DNA from: an uncultured Granulosicoccaceae bacterium
GTDB taxonomy: Bacteria > Pseudomonadota > Gammaproteobacteria > Granulosicoccales > Granulosicoccaceae
NCBI GenBank assembly: GCA_964481315.1
Contig: CAYZVB010000004.1
Location: 1 to 32,000 of the forward strand
Length of the DNA stretch: 32,000 nucleotides
Direction of reading: 5' to 3'
The notes beneath the pieces are model-generated. The model saw nothing but the letters and a program-made list of their open reading frames with translations, was not told the DNA's origin and made no database searches. The translations under genes and the position numbers were made by a program. Numbering within the stretch: position 1 is the first letter of the stretch; each line of letters begins with the position of its first letter. This document shows, in pieces, positions 25,734 through 32,000 of the stretch.

Positions 25734-25927
25734 TTTTTCCGAGATCTATAGAAAACGGAATAAAATCCACAGAGCGGCATGACCCGGCAGTATGCAAAGT
25801 CATGGTGATTTTGCAGGAGGAGCCCGGGTGTTCAGTTGAGGCAGTTCACTACCGGGAGCAGGGCGGAATGGTTGCAGGTACGGACTAAGCCATCGAAGGG
25901 CCGGCAGGTCTGTCAGGCTGACCGATG

Positions 25928-26311
25928 TTACAGGATCGGATAAGACCCGTCTTTATCGTGGGTTTCGGTACCGGTGAGGGCCGGTGTAAAAACACAGACT
26001 ATTGTCAGATCACTGATGGCATTAAGGCGGTGGCGGTCATGTTTGTCCAGAGTGTAGGTAGAGCCTGCAATAAGATGGTGTTCTTCACCGCTGGCGAGAT
26101 CAGTGACGATCGCCTCACCCTGAATAATCAGGTTTGCTTCGATATGATTTTTATATTCCATATCGAGAGATGTGCCAGCTGCCACTGTGGTTTGTGTGAG
26201 AGTAAACCCGACATTGTCATCGCGAAGCAGATATCTTGCGCTGCTCCAGTGGCCGGGCTTTTCCGCGTAGCGTCCGGTTTTTTTCAAATCTTCCAAATGT
26301 CTGATGATCAT
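25928..26311 (-). CDS. ectC: EctC-type (L-ectoine synthase family) cupin, solitary
   Basis: It is colinear with characterised EctC: MIIRHLEDLKKTGR, EYKNHIEANLIIQGEA versus HYKHHFEAVYCIEGEG, LDKHDRHRL versus LDQHDEHLL, and the C-terminal CVFTPALTGTETHDKDGSYP. No ectA or ectB lies in the window. Confidence 0.85.
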   Translation of the reverse strand: MIIRHLEDLKKTGRYAEKPGHWSSARYLLRDDNVGFTLTQTTVAAGTSLDMEYKNHIEANLIIQGEAIVTDLASGEEHHLIAGSTYTLDKHDRHRLNAISDLTIVCVFTPALTGTETHDKDGSYPIL

Positions 26312-26514
26312 AGCTGCTGTCGTCGGTTATAATCCGGCTGCTACCGGCTGGTCGGGAATGCGGAGTCGATTGCTTCACGTTTCCAGCCGAGTGTAACGCG
26401 GTAAATACCGTAAAAGCGAATACATCGAACTTGTTGTTTCCCCGGGCCTGCGTAAAGCGCGACTATTGCGGAGAACAGTCTGGACGTCGGTCGATTCTCT
26501 GCTATTAATTATCG

Positions 26515-26883
26515 ATGGTTTATCTAATGTTTGCACCTTCAATGCGTCTCGACGAGGTGTCGTCGAAACTGAGCCGGTTGTGGTCACGGGCGGTGCAACG
26601 TGTTACAAAAAAAGTGCTGGGAGGGCCGGTGAGTATTCTGTGGGTCCCGGTAATACTGCTGGTTGCGATAATTTGTATCCCATTGCCTTTTCCAACCGGC
26701 CTGCCGCTGGTGGTGCTGGCGCTGTCGCTGCTGCTCAACCGGTCGCGCCGGGCAAAAGTGCGCTACATCAAGTTTAAAAGGCAGCTGCACCCCGGTTCCA
26801 GAGCGCAGCGCTGGTTCGATACCGTAGACAGACTATTGCGAATAAAGCGTCGTAAATCACTCTGGAATCTGCGCAACTCTTAA
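26515..26883 (+). CDS. Small membrane protein (PGPGW-like, tentative)
   Basis: Two adjacent hydrophobic helices (ILWVPVILLVAIICIPLPFPTGLPLVVLALSLLL) are flanked by basic segments. The start is uncertain. Confidence 0.45.
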   Translation: MVYLMFAPSMRLDEVSSKLSRLWSRAVQRVTKKVLGGPVSILWVPVILLVAIICIPLPFPTGLPLVVLALSLLLNRSRRAKVRYIKFKRQLHPGSRAQRWFDTVDRLLRIKRRKSLWNLRNS

Positions 26884-26923
26884 CCAGCTGTAGCTATCGC
26901 GGTTGGGTGTAACAAGGTCAGTT

Positions 26924-27547
26924 TCAGGCTGCCGGGCTCGCAGAAAGTGAGCAGCGCCCGCGATCCGGGTTGGGTTCGACTGAGGCGTTGACGATTTTTT
27001 CAAGTTCATCAGCACCACCGACATAGCTGCCATCTATCCAGATTTGAGGGACGGTGATCGGTGTTTTCGGACCGACAATCGGTTTTACCCTGCCAATCAT
27101 TTCGTAGAGCGCACGCGGTTCTCTGACAACATCATGATACTGATAGTCCAGATTGGCGTTTTGCAGATAGGTTTTGGCGCGGGTGCAGTGCGGACAGGTT
27201 TCTTTGCCAAACACATGGTTGCCGGGGCGTGCTGCGCGCTGCACATGCGCGGCAATGACTGCTTCAGTCAGCAGACCCCTGTTAAGTGCATGCCCCTGGC
27301 TGACCAGTTGCCCCTCCACAATCACTATGGGCGCATGCCAGCCGCCGTGGCGCAGAGGCTTCCACCAGTGTGATAACCAGTCGTGCGTTTCGAGTACAAC
27401 CGGAATCCCATCGAGTTCGTTCGACAGGGTATCCTGTATCACGTCGGTGGTTAGAGCGCATTCACCGCAGGGGATAGATACCTTGAACGGGCCCCATTTT
27501 CCCGCCCAGCGGTACAACGATATTTTTACAGGTTCGGGTGAGTCCAT
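26924..27547 (-). CDS. Two-domain thioredoxin-fold protein (N-terminal CGEC domain plus C-terminal glutaredoxin CPHC domain)
   Basis: I place the start at ATG 27547, which has a GAGG Shine-Dalgarno sequence. The C-terminal part HVFGKETCPHCTRAKTYL ... VPQIWIDGSYVGGADEL is a classical glutaredoxin. The N-terminal part KISLYRW...SIPCGECALT...APIVIVEGQLVSQG is a second Trx-like unit. Confidence 0.75.
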   Translation of the reverse strand: MDSPEPVKISLYRWAGKWGPFKVSIPCGECALTTDVIQDTLSNELDGIPVVLETHDWLSHWWKPLRHGGWHAPIVIVEGQLVSQGHALNRGLLTEAVIAAHVQRAARPGNHVFGKETCPHCTRAKTYLQNANLDYQYHDVVREPRALYEMIGRVKPIVGPKTPITVPQIWIDGSYVGGADELEKIVNASVEPNPDRGRCSLSASPAA

Positions 27548-27631
27548 GTTAGCCTCGCAATGCAGTGACACTGGTTGGTCTGTTTGCAACTCAACAAGTT
27601 CCCGTCCCGGCAACCCGCATCGCGGCCTGTT

Positions 27632-28117
27632 ATGAACTCGAAACATGCACACCTGACGTACAAAAATGATGTGGCTAATGTCGAACATGACATTGAGCGC
27701 AGGCTGCTACAGTCACTTGGCGTTAATCAGCCGCAGGCGGTTAACCGACACTTCAATCTGGTGACAGAAGATGAAAGCGGCACGATGGTGGCGGGGTTAA
27801 CTGCCGCCACATCTTACGGCTGGTTGCTGATAAAAATGCTCTGGGTCTGTGAATCGCAAAGGAATACGGGTGTTGGTACCGAGTTAATGCAGCGCGCTGA
27901 ACAGATAGCTATAGAGGCGGGGTGTCACGGTGCCTGGCTGGACACTTCAAGTGCATCTGCTCAGGCATTTTATGTAAAGCTTGGCTACGAGCCGTTCGGA
28001 ATACTGGAAAACCAGCCCGGGCAACTGCCGCCGTCTCACAAACGCTGGTTTATGAAAAAGGCATTGCCGCCTGTTGCAGGTGTCGTTGAAGCTGTTGGTC
28101 ACAGTGCACTAAAATAG
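27632..28117 (+). CDS. GNAT-family N-acetyltransferase
   Basis: It has acetyl-CoA motif A (QRNTGVGTELMQRAEQIAIEAGCHGAWLDTSS..AQAFYVKLGYEPFG). I place the start at ATG 27632. Confidence 0.75.
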   Translation: MNSKHAHLTYKNDVANVEHDIERRLLQSLGVNQPQAVNRHFNLVTEDESGTMVAGLTAATSYGWLLIKMLWVCESQRNTGVGTELMQRAEQIAIEAGCHGAWLDTSSASAQAFYVKLGYEPFGILENQPGQLPPSHKRWFMKKALPPVAGVVEAVGHSALK

Positions 28118-28141
28118 CGGGACGTTAACGGAATCTTAAAC

Positions 28142-29500
28142 ATGCCTACCAGAATACTGATACCAAGCGGTGTGCTTGGGCTGGGCTTTGATCATGACGC
28201 GCTGGCCAGAGGTGTGGCCAACAAGCCTGATGCAATTTGCATTGATGGTGGCTCTACCGACAGCGGACCGTTCTATCTTGGTACCGGCACCAGCAAGTAT
28301 TCGACCCTTGCTACCCGTTCCGACTGGCGTGAATTAATGATTGCAAGGCAGCAGCTTGGCGTGCCACTGGTTATTGGTTCCTGTGGCACCTGTGGTGCAG
28401 ACCAGACTGTTGACTGGATGTTTGAACTTACCTGTGAAATAGCTACAGAACTCGGTCAGCAGGTTAAGGTGGCAAGGCTATACAGCAGCCAGCCCGCTAA
28501 CACATTAATTAGTGCATTTGAAAGTGGCCGAATTACTGAGCTGCAGCCTTCGATACCGCTCGATAAAAACCTGTTAGGCGAATGCAGCAATGTGGTTGCA
28601 CTGGCCGGGGTAGAACAGATTAATCATGCACTTGCCAGTGGTGGCGACATTGTGCTCGCGGGTAGAACCACAGACACCGCTGTTATCAGTGCAATACCTA
28701 TTGCCAATGGCGAGCATGCAGGAGCTGCCTGGCACGGTGCCAAAATCGGTGAGTGTGGTGCGTTGTGTTCAACGAATCCGGTGAGCGGTGTCATACAAAT
28801 CGATTTTGATCATGAAGGTTTTAGCGTTGTGCCTCTGGCGGACGGTGCCAGTTGCACGCCTTATTCAGTGTCTGCACACATGCTGTATGAAAACTCTGAT
28901 CCGCTGCGGCTTGTTGAGCCCGGCGGTGTGCTTGATGTCAGTGAGGCAAAGTACCAGGCAATAGACAATGATTCGGTGCGGGTAACCGGATCAATATGGC
29001 ACAGCACTAATGACTACACCGTCAAGCTCGAAGGTTCCAGGCTGGTGGGTTATCAGACATCAGCACTGGTGATGCTGCGGCAACCCCGTTACGTTGCTGC
29101 GGCACATCAGTGGACAGAGCGGCTGCATGGCTTTCTAACAGAAAAAATACAGCAGCAAATGAATTTATCTGAAAGTGCATACGATATTGAATTCAGGCTC
29201 ATTGGTGTTAATGCCACCCTTGGTCACCTTGAAACGCTTGAATCGAATCCGTCAGAAGTTGGCGTGTTAATGCTGGTGACCGCCGACTCTCAGGACACCG
29301 CCAATGATATTGCAAGACTGTGCAATCCTTATCTGCTTCACTATCCGTTGTCAGACAACGAAGAACTGCCAACCTTTGCGTTTCCGTATTCCCCGGCAGA
29401 GTCTGCGCGCGGCGCACTGTATGAGTTTGCATTGAATCACGTGTTGCACCTAAACGATCCGATGGACGCATTTCGCCTTACTGTGTCGGAGGCAGGCTAA
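28142..29500 (+). CDS. AtuA-like / DUF1446-family protein (tentative)
   Basis: The 452-aa protein has an N-terminus RILIPSGVLGLGFD ... ICIDGGSTDSG that loosely parallels the AtuA N-terminus (RIGGASGFWGD ... DYLAE). The assignment rests mainly on the partnership with the downstream DUF4387-like gene, whose start overlaps this gene's stop by 1 nt. Confidence 0.5.
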   Translation: MPTRILIPSGVLGLGFDHDALARGVANKPDAICIDGGSTDSGPFYLGTGTSKYSTLATRSDWRELMIARQQLGVPLVIGSCGTCGADQTVDWMFELTCEIATELGQQVKVARLYSSQPANTLISAFESGRITELQPSIPLDKNLLGECSNVVALAGVEQINHALASGGDIVLAGRTTDTAVISAIPIANGEHAGAAWHGAKIGECGALCSTNPVSGVIQIDFDHEGFSVVPLADGASCTPYSVSAHMLYENSDPLRLVEPGGVLDVSEAKYQAIDNDSVRVTGSIWHSTNDYTVKLEGSRLVGYQTSALVMLRQPRYVAAAHQWTERLHGFLTEKIQQQMNLSESAYDIEFRLIGVNATLGHLETLESNPSEVGVLMLVTADSQDTANDIARLCNPYLLHYPLSDNEELPTFAFPYSPAESARGALYEFALNHVLHLNDPMDAFRLTVSEAG

Positions 29501-29814
29501 TGACAACTCTGGTTGAAACAGCTCGTACAGTACGCAGTAAAAATGCCGGGCCGTTCTGGGTGACTGTCGATATTTTCTTTAACGACTCAGCCGCGTTTCA
29601 ACGCGTTTCGCAGTTACTTAACAGTGAATCGGTTGCAACGGTACTACAGGTGCCGGTCGTTGAGCTGAAACGCTTTGATCTGGCAGATATCTATGTGATC
29701 AAGTTCAGCTTCCCGCGATCGGTGGTGCAGGGCAGTCGCTTCGACCGTGATATGCATGGTGCTCAGTATGCGAATCTGGTGGCGGCAATTGAGGTTCCCG
29801 CAGAGGTGCTTTAA
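29500..29814 (+). CDS. DUF4387-like small protein (tentative)
   Basis: VRSKNAGPFWVTVDIFF ... IYVIKFSFPR...QGS.FDRDMHGAQ matches the pattern I recall for DUF4387 (IRSKNAGPF..T.DI.F ... IK.S.PR...GS..D.D.HG.QQ). A GGAGG Shine-Dalgarno sequence lies upstream, with a TAATG overlap. Confidence 0.65.
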   Translation: MTTLVETARTVRSKNAGPFWVTVDIFFNDSAAFQRVSQLLNSESVATVLQVPVVELKRFDLADIYVIKFSFPRSVVQGSRFDRDMHGAQYANLVAAIEVPAEVL

Positions 29815-29937
29815 ATTCAACCGCTTGCGTAATATCGGGCGGGCTTTACAGAAAAAAAATGCCGGTTTTTTTGTAAACAATTATTTTTTGTGGTCGCTAG
29901 CTTCGACTCTCACGTTTCAGTCACGGGTTAGCGTTCC

Positions 29938-30468
29938 ATGGATACTGCGCAAAACGATAGCAATTACACTCCCCTGCCAGTCGAAGAGGTGTTCGAAGGC
30001 TTCGAAATGGCTGTTGCAGATTATGAATCCGGCCGCTCATCGCTGGACACCTCCAGATTGCAGTTGGAGCGTGCTCAGGCACAGCTTGAGTATGCCGAGC
30101 TTACACTTGACGAGGCCGATGCACAGCTTGAAGTAATTGTGATGGCGTTTAATGCAAGTACGCCGCAGTCACCGGACTACCCCGAACTCATGATAGAGCT
30201 CGATATCGCCACAGCAAACATGCTTGAGGCAACAGAACAATGCGAAGCACTTAAATCACAATGCGTGCTCGCACATGAGCGTTACCAGAGTGAGCTTGCC
30301 AGTAGCGAAGAAACCTATGGTGTGGCCACAGCGTTGTGTGCAGAACTGTCGCGTTCACTTGACGGGCTGCAGGGTCTGCAGGCTTCCAATGACCCGCACT
30401 ACAGTGCTGATGAAGTGTTGTCTTCGCTGTCGGATACTGCATACCGTTTTTTCCGCGACTCTGCGTAA
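29938..30468 (+). CDS. Acidic, predicted coiled-coil hypothetical protein (176 aa)
   Basis: Clean ATG ORF that is strongly acidic and helical (LQLERAQAQLEYAELTLDEADAQLE). The Shine-Dalgarno sequence is weak and I recognise no family. Confidence 0.45.
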   Translation: MDTAQNDSNYTPLPVEEVFEGFEMAVADYESGRSSLDTSRLQLERAQAQLEYAELTLDEADAQLEVIVMAFNASTPQSPDYPELMIELDIATANMLEATEQCEALKSQCVLAHERYQSELASSEETYGVATALCAELSRSLDGLQGLQASNDPHYSADEVLSSLSDTAYRFFRDSA

Positions 30469-30491
30469 TAGCCGGCCTGCATTTTTTAAAG

Positions 30492-32000
30492 TCAGGTGGC
30501 AGACTGATCATTAAACTGCAGTTTGGCCAGTTGTGCGTACACGCCGTTTCGGGCCAGCAACGTTTGGTGTGACCCGGCCTCAACCAGCTCGCCGTTGTCG
30601 AGCACCAGAATGTTATCGGCGTTTTTAATGGTGGCGAGCCGGTGTGCAATAGTCAGGGTGGTTCTGCCATGCATTGCATTTGCCAGTGCCAGCTGCACCT
30701 TGCGTTCACTTTCTGCATCAAGCGCACTTGTCGCTTCATCAAGTAACAGTAACGGCGGATTTTTAAGTAAAGCCCTTGCAATGGAAATTCTCTGGCGCTG
30801 TCCGCCGGATAACCGCACGCCACGTTCACCCACATATGTGTTGTATTGTTCCGGTAGCGCCTGAATAAATTCATCTGCCTGTGCAGCTACTGACGCTGCT
30901 ACAACTTCCTCGTCACTGGCATTCAGTTTTCCATAGCGAATGTTTTCAAGTGCACTGGCTGAAAACACCACACTTTCCTGCGACACCAGTCCAATGGTAT
31001 TGCGCAGCGTTTCCAGTGAATAATGATCAACTGGCTGGTGATTCAGCGCAATGGTTCCGCTCTGCGGGTCGTAGAATCGTAAAAGTAACTGGAACAGAGT
31101 AGATTTGCCGGCACCTGAAGGTCCAACAACGGCGATATTCTGACCGGGTTCAATAGTAAAGCTAATGTTGTTAACTGAGCGGTGCTGCGGCCGGCTGGGG
31201 TAGCTGAAACTGACGTTTGAAAAATCTACCGCCGCACCCGCTGCAGGTGTTGTAACAGATGTTGCCGAATGGCTGTGGTGCTGTTTTATGGATGGTCGGG
31301 CCTCAAGCAGTTCGATCAGTCGTCCGGTGGCACCCGCTGCACGCTGTACTTCACCGTATACCTCTGCCACTGCCGCCGCGGCACCACCGGCAATAACTGC
31401 GTACATAACAAACTGCGCCAGCAGGCCGGCCGACATACTACCCGCCATTACCGCTCTGGCGCCGAGCCACAGCACAAGAACAATTGCACCAAATACCAGT
31501 ATGATCGCGAGCGCTGTGAGTAGTGAACGTGATTTATTGCGTTTAACTGCCGCCTGAAATGCCGTGTTGTTGATGCGGGTATAGCGGGAGGTTTCAAAAT
31601 CTTCGCGACTGTAAGCCTGCACAATCTGCATGGCGCTTAAAGTTTCGGCAGCGATGGCGCCGGTGTCGGCCAGTTTGTCCTGACTGACTCGTGATAGTGT
31701 TCTGACCCGCCGACCGAAAATCAGAATTGGCAACACCACCACAATCAGTAAGCCGATAATTATCACGGCAAGCTTCAGCTCGGTAACCAGCATCATGATC
31801 AGCGCTCCACTGAACAGCACCGCGTTGCGCAACCCCAGTGAAACACTGGTGCCAACCAGTGACTGGATAAGTGTGGTGTCTGCGGAAAGCCTGGACAGCA
31901 CCTCGCCGGTTTTAAGGCTTTCAAAAAACATCGGGTCCTGTCGCAGCACACTGGCGTAGACGTCACTTCTGAGGTCGGTGGTTATTCGTTCACCCAGCCA
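30492..32000 (-). CDS. ABCB-type exporter (fused TMD-NBD, MsbA-like), N-terminus outside the window
   Basis: It has Walker A GPSGAGKST, signature LSGGQRQRISIARA, Walker B LLLLDEATSALD and TIAHRL. The frame stays open upstream of the track's GTG to the window edge, reading WLGERITTDLRSDVYASVLRQDPMFFE. Confidence 0.9.
   Translation of the reverse strand, partial: WLGERITTDLRSDVYASVLRQDPMFFESLKTGEVLSRLSADTTLIQSLVGTSVSLGLRNAVLFSGALIMMLVTELKLAVIIIGLLIVVVLPILIFGRRVRTLSRVSQDKLADTGAIAAETLSAMQIVQAYSREDFETSRYTRINNTAFQAAVKRNKSRSLLTALAIILVFGAIVLVLWLGARAVMAGSMSAGLLAQFVMYAVIAGGAAAAVAEVYGEVQRAAGATGRLIELLEARPSIKQHHSHSATSVTTPAAGAAVDFSNVSFSYPSRPQHRSVNNISFTIEPGQNIAVVGPSGAGKSTLFQLLLRFYDPQSGTIALNHQPVDHYSLETLRNTIGLVSQESVVFSASALENIRYGKLNASDEEVVAASVAAQADEFIQALPEQYNTYVGERGVRLSGGQRQRISIARALLKNPPLLLLDEATSALDAESERKVQLALANAMHGRTTLTIAHRLATIKNADNILVLDNGELVEAGSHQTLLARNGVYAQLAKLQFNDQSAT

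Noticed and set aside
27548-27688. 47-codon extension of the glutaredoxin-domain ORF
   Set aside because: The internal ATG at 27547 has a GAGG Shine-Dalgarno sequence. The extension would also run across the divergent GNAT promoter region.
29852-29872. A8-TGCCGG-T7 tract after the DUF4387-like gene as a bidirectional terminator
   Set aside because: The stem would consist of A:T pairs only, with no GC-rich core. It may be a degenerate terminator but does not meet the usual criteria.
1-32000. Search for CRISPR arrays, rRNA or tRNA genes, IS elements with terminal inverted repeats, toxin-antitoxin pairs or known defence genes
   Set aside because: I noticed no regularly spaced direct repeats, no tRNA-like T-arm contexts outside coding regions, no transposase-like ORFs and no recognisable defence-system domains. 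This was a by-eye scan only and is not exhaustive.

Overview
The window is about 32 kb of chromosomal DNA, probably from a marine-type gammaproteobacterium. That assignment is an inference from gene content and a mid-range GC that I judged by eye, not computed. I support about 37 protein-coding genes, two apparent pseudogenes, three hairpin terminators and a few small repeats and palindromes. I found no rRNA, tRNA, CRISPR array or intact mobile element.

Gene content from left to right:
- A decayed tyrosine-recombinase gene sits at the left edge, followed by visibly AT-rich accessory DNA carrying hypotheticals and a secreted NTF2-fold protein.
- A LysR regulator is divergent from a YqfO-like gene coupled to an isocitrate-lyase/PEP-mutase-family gene.
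- A sulfur block holds a CysG-like methyltransferase with an internally shortened N-domain, divergent from TusA, YeeE/YedE and an HTH-less S24 (LexA/UmuD-fold) protein.
- An unknown 351-aa gene is translationally coupled to a small 2OG-Fe(II) oxygenase and followed by a PiuC/YbiX-type hydroxylase.
- A 2Fe-2S protein carries a degenerate FNR-like domain.
- A Tat-exported FccB/SoxF-like flavoprotein has no cytochrome partner nearby.
- A folate block contains pteridine reductase, folB and folK, followed by a DUF1127 gene.
- An AttEFGH-like ABC operon has a double-FtsX permease interrupted by one in-frame TGA.
- The right part holds a BCCT transporter, a lipoprotein plus putative regulator pair, a solitary ectC, a two-domain thiol-redox protein, a GNAT, a split AtuA-like pair (tentatively DUF1446 and DUF4387) and a partial ABCB exporter.

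The best candidates for undescribed biology are the tusA-yeeE-S24-like operon and the unknown protein plus two 2OG oxygenases cluster. All family assignments come from by-eye motif recognition and need HMM or structure confirmation.
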